This document shows, piece after piece, positions 46,426 to 55,236 of a stretch of DNA of 64,000 nt. Where the stretch lies: the IMG/VR virus record IMGVR_UViG_3300032116_000006; one strand, 5' to 3'. Positions within the stretch are counted from its first letter, which is position 1. Every line of letters begins with the position of its first letter. The notes under the pieces were generated by a model. That model saw only the letters and a list, made by a program, of their open reading frames with translations, did not search any database and was not told where the DNA came from. Position numbers and translations under genes: made by a program. The DNA comes from a virus. Taxonomy: Duplodnaviria > Heunggongvirae > Uroviricota > Caudoviricetes.

Positions 46426-46809
46426 ATGAAAGTTTTTGTTCTTTATGTAGGTGAAAGGCTTGGACCAATTGATAAAATTATAGGAATCTATACGAATGAA
46501 GAACTTGCAAAGAATGCCCTTTCACTATGTCCAAAGTCTACATATGAATATTATTATTCATATTTTGAACAAGACCTAAATGTAATCCCAAATCATCCTG
46601 AAGGTACTAAAGCCTTTATTTGCTCTATTAGAAATAATGAAGTACAATATCTAAGACAATTTTCAATCCTTGAAGATACTAGAAGTATTCATCTTTTTCC
46701 TAGTGTTCATAAAAATGGGAATGAATGTACTGTATATTGTTGGGCAACTGATGAAAAACATGCTGGGCAAATAGCCCTAGACCACTTTAAAAACTGTCAT
46801 GAGTCCTAA
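46426..46809 (+). CDS. hypothetical protein, 127 aa
   Basis: ORF. Confidence 0.5.
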   Translation: MKVFVLYVGERLGPIDKIIGIYTNEELAKNALSLCPKSTYEYYYSYFEQDLNVIPNHPEGTKAFICSIRNNEVQYLRQFSILEDTRSIHLFPSVHKNGNECTVYCWATDEKHAGQIALDHFKNCHES

Positions 46810-46824
46810 CCACTGGGCCATATT

Positions 46825-47685
46825 TTGAGCCATAATAACAAGGTCAACCAAACACCGACACCTCAAATGGCCAAAGTGATTGAAAATGCTAAAGATGCAA
46901 TTGAATTTTTTGGTGAACCAGTGGTAGCTAGGAGAAAAACTAAAGTTAGGATCCGAGAAACAAATGGCGTTGAAACATTTGTGAGCAAATATGGACAAGG
47001 CACTCTTACGGCCAAACAGGGAATTGATTATGTAGTCATTCCTGTTGACGGCTCTGATCCATATCCATGCAAGATTGACATCTTTCATAATACTTGGGAA
47101 GAGATTGATGGAACAGGAACTTATCGTAAGACTGGATTGTGTAGGTTCATTCCAATTCCTGAAGGTACTACAGTGGAGCTTAAAACACTGGAGGGGCCAG
47201 TAGAAGTTTCGCATCCAAATTACATTGCTCTCGGTGCTGAAGGGGAAGTTTATTCATATAGTAAAGAATTCATTGAGAAAAATCTTGATTTAATTTATGT
47301 TGTCTTTGGTGAAGATTATCTTATATTCGGTGTGTACTCAACTCTTGAACTTGCTGAAAAATGTAAAGGGGTAAAACCTGGCAGTTTTATTGGTTATTAT
47401 TCAATAGATGTAGTTACTCCTCCAGATTTTCTTTTATGGCAAGTCTGCATCTTTACGAAAACTGGCAAGATCGACTCAATTGAACAAATTGATTCATTTA
47501 GCTTTGAATATGTAATGCGGTGTGCTGAACAAAATCCTTTCAGTTTATTTTATGCTAGTTACTGTTTCAGGGTCAAAGCTGAAACCAAAGAAGAAGCTGC
47601 AAAAATAGCACAGGAAAAATTCAAAGAAGCATTTAAAAATGATGCGGAACTAGCACTCGAAAAATTTGAAAATGAAACCAATTAA
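46825..47685 (+). CDS. hypothetical protein, 286 aa
   Basis: ORF. The likely start is the internal ATG (MAKVIENAK) at ~46867. Confidence 0.5.
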   Translation: MSHNNKVNQTPTPQMAKVIENAKDAIEFFGEPVVARRKTKVRIRETNGVETFVSKYGQGTLTAKQGIDYVVIPVDGSDPYPCKIDIFHNTWEEIDGTGTYRKTGLCRFIPIPEGTTVELKTLEGPVEVSHPNYIALGAEGEVYSYSKEFIEKNLDLIYVVFGEDYLIFGVYSTLELAEKCKGVKPGSFIGYYSIDVVTPPDFLLWQVCIFTKTGKIDSIEQIDSFSFEYVMRCAEQNPFSLFYASYCFRVKAETKEEAAKIAQEKFKEAFKNDAELALEKFENETN

Positions 47686-47742
47686 TCTCTTAGTCATTGT
47701 CCTCGTCTTTTTGCATTTCTTCTGAATAATCATAAGGCTGCT

Positions 47743-48072
47743 GTGAGAAATAAATACAGCAGCCATTTTATTAAAACTATGAAAAACCTTTTTGGATTTT
47801 TAACATCCTTGTTACTTCTTTTACAATTTGTTTCTCCAGCTTTTGCTAAAATTCCTAGTGGAGCAATCCCACTAGAATGGAGACCAAACTATAAAGAACA
47901 GGTTGAATATATCATTAATAATAAATGTGAATCTAATGGAATTGTCCCATATTATGGATACACATATTACACTTGTCCTTCAGGTGAAAAATTCTGGGCG
48001 GAAGTTTTAGTTCCTGTTGATAATTCTATTCTATATTTCAAGAACCGAGACAAACATTCAGATGAATATTAA
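47743..48072 (+). CDS. secreted/periplasmic small protein with signal peptide, 109 aa
   Basis: N-terminus MKNLFGFLTSLLLLLQFVSPAFA-KIP is a classic signal peptide with AxA cleavage site. Four Cys. Confidence 0.5.
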   Translation: MRNKYSSHFIKTMKNLFGFLTSLLLLLQFVSPAFAKIPSGAIPLEWRPNYKEQVEYIINNKCESNGIVPYYGYTYYTCPSGEKFWAEVLVPVDNSILYFKNRDKHSDEY

Positions 48073-48074
48073 TT

Positions 48075-48440
48075 ATGAAAATCTCTACAACACATAAAAG
48101 ATTTGCAGATCATTTAGATGACCAAATCGCTCTAGAATACCCTGCACGTTTTCTAGGACCCAATTGGAAGAATGTATTGAACTTCTGGATCTATTTGGAT
48201 ACTTTGAGTGGTGAAGAATTTAGGTTAATTTTTGATCGTTATTGGGCTTTAGATGAAGATGCTAGAGTTTCTGCTATAAATAATGCTCATAAAGCGGCTG
48301 AAGCGACTATAGATATTCATTATACATATACAACTCGTGGTGCCGCCCTTACACTTGCACCTGCTTATGCATCCCTTGAACTCATTGGTTCTCATAAGCT
48401 AGAGTCTCTTAATTTTCTTCCTTTGTTTCTAAACCAGTGA
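48075..48440 (+). CDS. MKISTTHK-family paralog 9 (array 3)
   Basis: Conserved termini. 'DARVSAINNAHKAAEATI' subtype. Starts 2 nt after the upstream stop. Confidence 0.7.
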   Translation: MKISTTHKRFADHLDDQIALEYPARFLGPNWKNVLNFWIYLDTLSGEEFRLIFDRYWALDEDARVSAINNAHKAAEATIDIHYTYTTRGAALTLAPAYASLELIGSHKLESLNFLPLFLNQ

Positions 48441-48808
48441 AAATATCTTCTTCTCATCAAAAATTTGCAGATCGGTTAAATAACCAAACTGCTCTAGAAT
48501 ACCCTGAACGTTTTCTGGGACCTAATTGGAAGGATGTATTGAATTTCTGGATTTATTTGGATACTTTGAGTCGTGAAGAGCTTGATAAAGTCTATGAGCA
48601 TCATCGTGGTTTGAAAGACATACATATATCAAGGCGTCTTGCTTGGTGTGCTGCTAAGGATACTATAGGTTATGATTATACAAATGCAGCTGCATTTGCA
48701 TATTATGTTAATTGTTATAATGCCGCTGGATGTCATGCAACCAGTGAACTCATTGGTTCTCATAAGCTTGAGACCTTGACGTTTTTTCCTTTGTTCATAA
48801 ATTTTTAA
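48437..48808 (+). CDS. MKISTTHK-family paralog 10
   Basis: MKISSSHQKFADRL...ELIGSHKLETLTFFPLFINF. Confidence 0.7.
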   Translation: MKISSSHQKFADRLNNQTALEYPERFLGPNWKDVLNFWIYLDTLSREELDKVYEHHRGLKDIHISRRLAWCAAKDTIGYDYTNAAAFAYYVNCYNAAGCHATSELIGSHKLETLTFFPLFINF

Positions 48809-48816
48809 ACTTATTC

Positions 48817-49965
48817 ATGAATTTACTTAATGGCATTGTAGATATATTCCCATCAATAGAACCACAAAATTTTTTGGAAACTCCAAAAAGAATTAAACTT
48901 GGATTTGATCCAACAACAGATTTTTTACATTTAGGTCATGCTGTTCTTTTAAGAAAATTAAGGCAATTTCAAAATGAAAATCATACTCCTGTAATAATTA
49001 TAGGTGACTTTACTGCAAGAATTGGAGATCCAACAGGAAAATCAAAAACTAGAAAACAATTAACCAAAGAAGAAGTAGAATTCAATACCAATGAATTTTT
49101 GAATACTCTTTCAAATTTTATTGACCCCGAAAAATCTGAAATTATTTTTAATTCTAAACATTTAGAACAATTATCTCTATCTACAATTATACAATTACAA
49201 TCATTGGTAACAGTAAATCAACTCCTAGCGAAAAGGGATTTTCATCAAAGATTTGAATTACAAAGCCCTATCAGTTTGCATGAATTTATGTATCCACTAC
49301 TTCAAGGATATGATAGTCATGTAATATCATCTGAAATAGAACTTGGAGGAATTGATCAAAAATTTAACATCTCAATGGGTAGAGATGTTCAAAGACATTT
49401 CAAAAATAAAAATGAACAAATTGGAATGTTAATGCCAATTTTATGTGGTACTGATGGTGCCAATAAAATGTCTAAAAGTTTGAATAATGCAATAAAAATT
49501 GATGAACATCCTTTAATAATGTTTTCTCAATTGGAAAAAATTCCAGATAATTTAGTAGATGAATATATTCTTCTACTCACCGACTGTAATTTGGGAGATT
49601 TTTCTCCAGATCCTAGAGAAAGGCAAAAACAAATGGCCTTTGAGATTGTTTCAGAATTTTATGGTTCTGAAGTTGCTCTAAAGTCTATGAATGAATCTCA
49701 ACAGATCGTTTTGTCTAATTCAAATATATCAGATGTCCCAGAGATAGTTGTTTCACATTTGCAGTTTCCATTACCTCTTGCAACTTTATTGAGAGAAACT
49801 AAATTATCAGATAGTTCATCTGCAGCAAGAAGATCAATTCGTTCAGGTTGTATTAAATTAGATGGGATTAAAATTACAGATGAAAATATTATGGTTGATA
49901 TAAATGATATTGAAAATAAAATTATAAGAATGTCAAAGAACTCTTTTCATCGTTTTGTCATGTGA
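48817..49965 (+). CDS. tyrS: tyrosyl-tRNA synthetase (class I aaRS), 382 aa
   Basis: HIGH motif as HLGH (DFLHLGHAVLL), TyrRS-typical IGDPTGKS, and KMSKS motif (KMSKSLNNAI). C-terminal S4-like region. Confidence 0.8.
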   Translation: MNLLNGIVDIFPSIEPQNFLETPKRIKLGFDPTTDFLHLGHAVLLRKLRQFQNENHTPVIIIGDFTARIGDPTGKSKTRKQLTKEEVEFNTNEFLNTLSNFIDPEKSEIIFNSKHLEQLSLSTIIQLQSLVTVNQLLAKRDFHQRFELQSPISLHEFMYPLLQGYDSHVISSEIELGGIDQKFNISMGRDVQRHFKNKNEQIGMLMPILCGTDGANKMSKSLNNAIKIDEHPLIMFSQLEKIPDNLVDEYILLLTDCNLGDFSPDPRERQKQMAFEIVSEFYGSEVALKSMNESQQIVLSNSNISDVPEIVVSHLQFPLPLATLLRETKLSDSSSAARRSIRSGCIKLDGIKITDENIMVDINDIENKIIRMSKNSFHRFVM

Positions 49966-50162
49966 CAGTAGTTAAACTGTCACTATGGAATACACACACT
50001 TCACTTCAGTTTGCTAAGATGAAAAAGAAACTTGGAGATTCCCCATGTTTAAAAGTAAGTTCTTTCCTTTAATTCTTTATCTTAGTTTACTCTTTATTGG
50101 AATTTCTTTTCCCTTTGCTATTCTAATGATTTATCCAGTATCGCCCACTCACAAAATTTTTT

Positions 50163-50390
50163 ATGAATTCTGACAACTTTATTTTATGTTATTGTGTTAC
50201 TCTTCTTTTTGGTTTCGTGGGGTTTGTTAGTTATGGTACTATTAAAAATCAACCAGAATCTCTATATAGAGAAACTTTTAATAGATCTATTTCTTGTCGT
50301 GAAACTATAGGACTAAAACAAATAACAAATTTAGACTATATTTGTGGCAAACTTCCTCAAATCTCCGAATTCCATACACCTTCTAAATAA
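50163..50390 (+). CDS. hypothetical membrane protein, 75 aa
   Basis: N-terminal TM helix. Four Cys. Confidence 0.4.
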   Translation: MNSDNFILCYCVTLLFGFVGFVSYGTIKNQPESLYRETFNRSISCRETIGLKQITNLDYICGKLPQISEFHTPSK

Positions 50391-50391
50391 A

Positions 50392-51264
50392 ATGACACTC
50401 AAACTTACTGCAGTACATTTAGTTGATGAGGGATCTTATTTGGTTAAGTTCCCATATAATAATAAAAATATCTTGGTTTCTGGAGTTGTACCTGAAAGTT
50501 GCAATTATGTTGTAGTTTCTAGCCTTGATGAAATTGTAGAACTTTATACACCATCAGCAATTCTAACGCATTATACAAATGATAATGATCCAACTCAAAC
50601 CATAACCCCAACAATCTATCAACAACAAGTTGATATCCTTCGTGCTAAAGGAAATTATGATGATTTTTCTGGAGAATTAGTTTTCACAAATCTTGATGAT
50701 GAATATGCATATAAAAAATTCATTAAAACTTGGAACCCTTTTTATGTTAAACAAGAAACCATAAAAAGACCAGTTGAAATTGAAATAACTGAAATTCGCA
50801 CAAATTCTGGAGATCCAGATATTGTATCTTTATGGAACTCTCCTGCACTAGGAGTTGATCGTAAACTGTATTCAATTAATCGTCTGGATTTAGCTGTCAA
50901 AACTTTAAGAGCCATATGTGGTGATAATAATTGGAATCTTGAGATCCCAACACATTCTGGAATTTTATATGCAAAAATTAACAATAGTTATGTTTTTAAA
51001 GGTAATGAATTTAAATTTGAGACACATTTTATTGGCACTCTTGAACAATCAAAGAGTGAAAAAGCAAGAATTATTAAACTGATCAATGATGTAATAGCCA
51101 TCCGTAATGCATGTAGGAATAAGATTAATAAAAGAACTGCTGGATATGTTTTAGGAAATCTTAGAATCATTAGTTACAGTGTTCAGTCTTCTACTAAATC
51201 TAATATATCAATGAAAATTAATGATCTTATTACTGATATTGAGAATGAGCTGATTAAGGAATGA
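50392..51264 (+). CDS. hypothetical protein (~290 aa)
   Basis: The track ORF starts at 50344, overlapping the previous gene. The ATG at 50392 (MTLKLTAVHL) directly follows the upstream stop. Confidence 0.5.
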   Translation: MTLKLTAVHLVDEGSYLVKFPYNNKNILVSGVVPESCNYVVVSSLDEIVELYTPSAILTHYTNDNDPTQTITPTIYQQQVDILRAKGNYDDFSGELVFTNLDDEYAYKKFIKTWNPFYVKQETIKRPVEIEITEIRTNSGDPDIVSLWNSPALGVDRKLYSINRLDLAVKTLRAICGDNNWNLEIPTHSGILYAKINNSYVFKGNEFKFETHFIGTLEQSKSEKARIIKLINDVIAIRNACRNKINKRTAGYVLGNLRIISYSVQSSTKSNISMKINDLITDIENELIKE

Positions 51265-51465
51265 AAGCACCCAAAGAGTACAAACAATGGATCAATAGAC
51301 TGAGAGCTTTATATTCCTCTTAGATAATCCACATATGGAAAGGAAATTAAACAACAATAAAAAGCATAGAAAAATAAAAATTGAGACAATTTAACAACTG
51401 TCCACCAAATCTCAAAATTCACAAAAAATCCCTTAGTATTAACCTACAATCAACCAAAATCAACC

Positions 51466-52002
51466 ATGAGTGAACTTCCTGAATTTATTGCATTTCCTAA
51501 AATTCCACGTCTTCAAAAAGATTGTGTAGTTACTGAAAAAATTGATGGCACTAATGGTGTTATCTACATCACTCTTGATGGTGATATGTTTATTGGGAGC
51601 CGAAATCGTTGGATTACTGCAGACTCAGACAATGCTGGGTTTCATCGTTGGGTGATGGAAAATAAAGCTGAATTAGAGAAACTTGGACCAGGTAGACATC
51701 ATGGTGAATGGTGGGGAAGTGGAATTGGTCGGGGATATAATCTCCCCAAAGGAGAAAAGCGTTTTTCTCTTTTCAATGTTCATGTTTGGAATGAAGAGAA
51801 TATTCCTAGCTGTTGTCATGTAGTTCCAACTCTTTACACTGGAGAATTCAATACTAATGAAATTGAAAATGCAATGTTAAGTCTCCAAGAAATGGGTTCC
51901 CATGCTGCTCCCGGTTATATGAATCCTGAAGGAGTTATGGTCTATCATGCTGCTGCTTGTATGTACTTCAAAGCTCCATTTGACAAAAACCACAAAGGTT
52001 AA
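51466..52002 (+). CDS. minimal ATP-dependent RNA/DNA ligase-like nucleotidyltransferase (Rnl-like), 178 aa
   Basis: Ligase motif I KxDG as TEKIDGTN. Candidate motif IV EGVMVYH. Lys-rich C-terminus (motif V-like). The small size resembles phage RNA_ligase-family proteins. Confidence 0.5.
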   Translation: MSELPEFIAFPKIPRLQKDCVVTEKIDGTNGVIYITLDGDMFIGSRNRWITADSDNAGFHRWVMENKAELEKLGPGRHHGEWWGSGIGRGYNLPKGEKRFSLFNVHVWNEENIPSCCHVVPTLYTGEFNTNEIENAMLSLQEMGSHAAPGYMNPEGVMVYHAAACMYFKAPFDKNHKG

Positions 52003-52011
52003 AACAAATCA

Positions 52012-52776
52012 ATGAAATCTGAACTATTTCAATTTGCTGAAGTTGGTGGAGCTGTTCGGGATTCTTTTCTCGGAGTTCCTTCAAAAGATATAGACTTTGT
52101 TGCAATCCCAAATAATACAAATGATTGGAATTATGCAGATGAGGCTTTTACTAATTTAGTACAGGAATTATTTCATCTAGGATTCAAAGGATTTGATAGT
52201 AATAGTGGGAACTTCATTCTAAAGCCTGAATTTTTCACTGCTAGAGTGCAAGTCCCTAAAGAGAACCCTCTTCATCAACGTACAGTTGTGGCAGATTTTG
52301 TTCTATCACGTAAAGATGGACCAAGTTCTGATGGACGTAGACCCGATTATGTTCTACCTGGAACTTTGCTTGATGATCTTAAGCGTAGAGATTTTACCAT
52401 TAATGCAATGGCAGTCTTAGACGGCGAATTGGTAGATTATTTCGGCGGTCAAAAAGATCTAGAGGATCGCTTAATTCGCTTTGTTGGAGATCCACACGAA
52501 AGAATTGCAGAAGATGGTTTAAGAGTTATGAGAGCTTTAAGATTTGTAATCACTAAAGATTTTATGCTCCATCCAGAGACCTATGATGCTATTAATTGCA
52601 GTTTAGGTGCACAGATGTTGACAAAAGTTTCTATTGAACGTATTAGAGAAGAGCTGGAGAAAATGTTCACCTCAAATACATTGAAAACGATTTCTATTCT
52701 CAGTGGCCTTAAAGCTGATCTTCAAGAAGCAATTTTTAGAGATGGTTTGCGTCTGATGCCGTCTTTGAAGCATTAG
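52012..52776 (+). CDS. cca: tRNA nucleotidyltransferase (class II CCA/poly(A)-polymerase family, minimal head-neck form), 254 aa
   Basis: GGAVRDSFLG...KDIDFV (metal-binding DxD) and the class II signature RRDFTINAMA. Confidence 0.75.
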   Translation: MKSELFQFAEVGGAVRDSFLGVPSKDIDFVAIPNNTNDWNYADEAFTNLVQELFHLGFKGFDSNSGNFILKPEFFTARVQVPKENPLHQRTVVADFVLSRKDGPSSDGRRPDYVLPGTLLDDLKRRDFTINAMAVLDGELVDYFGGQKDLEDRLIRFVGDPHERIAEDGLRVMRALRFVITKDFMLHPETYDAINCSLGAQMLTKVSIERIREELEKMFTSNTLKTISILSGLKADLQEAIFRDGLRLMPSLKH

Positions 52777-52875
52777 ATTGTGACAGATTAAAATGTGTCA
52801 CCGCAAGAACCCAAACCGAGTTCCCTTGCCATATGATAATAGAGCATTAAACAAACCCTCATGCCTTTCTAGTCA

Positions 52876-53040
52876 ATGCTTGTAAGAATTATTGGAACTG
52901 CAATTGGAGTGTCTCTCTTACTTTTCATTCTTCTCTTGAGGGGACTTCCGGTTCTGTTTCTTCTTAAAATGATTCCTCTAGGAATTCTACTTTTTGTTGC
53001 TATTGCATTCATTTATGCTGGCGTAGCAAAAGATAGCTGA
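52876..53040 (+). CDS. small two-TM membrane protein (~54 aa), possible NfeD-like partner of the downstream SPFH protein
   Basis: Read manually: MLVRIIGTAIGVSLLLFILLLRGLPVLFLLKMIPLGILLFVAIAFIYAGVAKDS. Confidence 0.3.
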   Translation: MLVRIIGTAIGVSLLLFILLLRGLPVLFLLKMIPLGILLFVAIAFIYAGVAKDS

Positions 53041-53095
53041 TCAAAATCTCTGATCTTACTGTTTAACTTACCCATTCACTTCACCCTTTTTAACT

Positions 53096-53908
53096 ATGTC
53101 TCTCGTAAAAGTTGGTCTAGGTCTTGGTGCTGGCGTCCTGGTTCTTGCACTTATTTCCGGGCAATGGACAACAATCAATACAGGTGAAAACGGACTTTAC
53201 ACTGGATTTGATGGCCAGGTAAAGAATGAAGTTCTCACCCCCGGTATTAAATATGATGGTTTTGGTTCAATTAAAGTCTTCAATACTCGTAAGATTACGG
53301 TGACGGCAAATGACCTTCGCCCCAAGACTAAAGATAACACCATCATGAAGGAGATGGATGTGACCGTAACCTACAGTATCAATCCCACCTCTCTCTATGA
53401 TTTCTATACTGGTTATGATATGACCAATCACTCTATCAGCGAAAATGGACAAATTCAACTCATGTCCAGTTACATTGCTCGTCTGATTACTTCTGCTGTC
53501 AATCAATCTGTGGACGAATTCCCCGCTTTGGTTGTAAACAGCAGCCTTGGACAGGTTCAAGATACGATTAAGATTAATCTAAGCGAATCTCTAAAGAAAA
53601 ATGGTCTTGAGGGAAAGATTACCATTGATTCAATCATTGTTGGTAAAGCTGATCTTCCTGATACTCTTGTTGAATCTGTGAACCGTGTGGTTGCGGCCCA
53701 ATCTGCAAATAAAGAGCAACAAGTGAAGACTGAAACTGCCCAATTGAAAGCTGAAGAGAACAAGGCTCTTGCATCTACTGTGACGGCACAATCTCTTGAG
53801 TATCAACGTCTTGAAGTTCTTCGTGAAGCGATGAGGAATGGTAGCATTCAAAAAATTCTGATTAATGGTGCCAATGTTCTTTCACTTTCTGATAATGTTT
53901 TTAAGTGA
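53096..53908 (+). CDS. SPFH/band-7 (prohibitin/HflKC-like) domain protein, 270 aa
   Basis: N-terminal TM anchor. SPFH-like core (TKDNTIMKEMDVTVTYSINP). C-terminal coiled-coil (QVKTETAQLKAEENKALA...QRLEVLREAM). Confidence 0.65.
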   Translation: MSLVKVGLGLGAGVLVLALISGQWTTINTGENGLYTGFDGQVKNEVLTPGIKYDGFGSIKVFNTRKITVTANDLRPKTKDNTIMKEMDVTVTYSINPTSLYDFYTGYDMTNHSISENGQIQLMSSYIARLITSAVNQSVDEFPALVVNSSLGQVQDTIKINLSESLKKNGLEGKITIDSIIVGKADLPDTLVESVNRVVAAQSANKEQQVKTETAQLKAEENKALASTVTAQSLEYQRLEVLREAMRNGSIQKILINGANVLSLSDNVFK

Positions 53909-53943
53909 TAAATAATAATACCTGATATACGGCAATCTTCAGG

Positions 53944-53968
53944 AGGAGGGTGAAATTCCCTCCTTTTT
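53944..53968 (+). terminator. rho-independent terminator after the SPFH gene
   Basis: AGGAGGG-TGAAATT-CCCTCCT perfect 7-bp GC-rich stem followed by TTTTT. Confidence 0.65.
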
Positions 53969-54163
53969 AGTACCAATAGTAATGCCGTCTATTAGAGTAG
54001 AATTATGCTATCACGCATTTATACATACAAATTACTTTTGAATAAGTTCCATACTATTATTATGGTAGTAAGAAAAAAAAAATAAGTGATGACACCTCTC
54101 AAACTTAAAAAGATCACTTCACAAACTGTCCCTCCATAACTCAACCAACCACCCAAAGGTACT

Positions 54164-54430
54164 ATGATACTCTCATACACATTGGAACTCCAAATGTTTG
54201 ATGCCTACAATGACTATCCTTTTGAGCTGCTCCAGTTTTATGAAGTTATTCTTTCTTCGTCAAGGAAATCAACCATGGATCTTGAACACATTAAGCAGCA
54301 GTTAAACTGCTCAGAAGCATGTGCAAAGGATGTTTATCATTTGAGGAGTTCCCTTGATTGGTCTCTAGAAAAAGAACAAGAGCTAATTAATCTTCATAGT
54401 GCTGGTGTTTCTTTGTTGAGCCATGAGTAA
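54164..54430 (+). CDS. hypothetical protein, 88 aa (paralog of the C-terminus of 57483..57932)
   Basis: QQLNCSEACAKDVYHLRSSLDWSLEKEQELINLHSAGV aligns with EQIGCSSGCAIDVYLLRRKLDWTREQELELINTHNAGV in the other ORF. Confidence 0.5.
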   Translation: MILSYTLELQMFDAYNDYPFELLQFYEVILSSSRKSTMDLEHIKQQLNCSEACAKDVYHLRSSLDWSLEKEQELINLHSAGVSLLSHE

Positions 54431-54809
54431 CAATATTACAGATGTTTTTAAGTTCAATAAAAACCCCACAGGCTTAACGTCAACTTACACTTATGAGGTT
54501 CTTTCCAAAATTTTTGATAATAATTGGCTAACTTATCTTTTTACTGGGAAAAAACAAAGAGTTAGATATTATATTAGAGAGAGAGAAACATATAGGTATA
54601 ATAAATGGTCTAATAATTCATTTTCAACATTTAGAGTTTTACATTACTTATCTGATTATAGTTTTTATTCATTGAGTGACTGGACATTTGTTCTCTTTTG
54701 GGATGATCCATCAGAACCACAAAGAATAATTACAGAAGCAAAGCTCAGGTATTTTGACAATACTAACATTAATGATGTTATTTTTTCCTCTGACGACATT
54801 CCAATTTAA
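54423..54809 (+). CDS. hypothetical protein, 128 aa
   Basis: ORF. Confidence 0.45.
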   Translation: MSNNITDVFKFNKNPTGLTSTYTYEVLSKIFDNNWLTYLFTGKKQRVRYYIRERETYRYNKWSNNSFSTFRVLHYLSDYSFYSLSDWTFVLFWDDPSEPQRIITEAKLRYFDNTNINDVIFSSDDIPI

Positions 54810-55060
54810 TTCAAACTAATCATGAAACTTCTAGTCATTGATCTCAAAAATCCTGAAAATTCTCATTATAGCGATCCACATAAAATTGCAAGCTTTATGA
54901 TGGCTAAAACTGTTAAAAATTATCCAATGTTTGCTGTTAGTGATGGAACCAATTCTTACAACAACTTGTGACTGTGGTGAACTTCAACTGCAAGTTTTGG
55001 GACAAATTCATCATAAACGCCATCAACATAAACATACACAATAAACTTGGCATAATCTAA

Positions 55061-55156
55061 ATGGAGAAAAAATTCAATCGGAAAAAGAATGAAACTAAAG
55101 GACACTTTATGGAGAAAAAATTCAATCGGAAAAAGAATGAAACTAAAGGACACTTT
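55061..55156 (+). repeat. 48-bp perfect tandem duplication (2 units: ATGGAGAAAAAATTCAATCGGAAAAAGAATGAAACTAAAGGACACTTT)
   Basis: Read directly: 55061..55108 is identical to 55109..55156. The unit ends with the dispersed GGACACTTT motif. Confidence 0.85.
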
Positions 55157-55172
55157 AATGACTGACACATTG
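55148..55172 (+). promoter_or_regulatory. dispersed upstream motif GGACACTTTAATGACTGACACATTG (copy a)
   Basis: Related copies at 55842..55867, 57401..57424, 59487..59510 and 63309..63329. All lie on the + strand 70-190 nt upstream of + strand start codons. Confidence 0.4.
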
Positions 55173-55236
55173 ATCTGAGGTGTAGTGAGCCAGGTGATAT
55201 GCTGAACTTGTTCAACACACAACGTTAAAAACCCTA

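Noticed and set aside
44063-47214. Minus-strand ORFs 44063-44377, 45033-45299 and 46777-47214
   Set aside because: They are antisense to contiguous + strand genes joined by ATGA overlaps and lack motifs.
53267-53851. Three minus-strand ORFs overlapping the SPFH gene
   Set aside because: They are antisense to a gene with a recognisable domain architecture and a terminator.
55061-55156. Possible CRISPR array because of identical 48-bp direct repeats
   Set aside because: There are only two immediately adjacent units with no spacers, and no cas genes. It is a simple tandem duplication.
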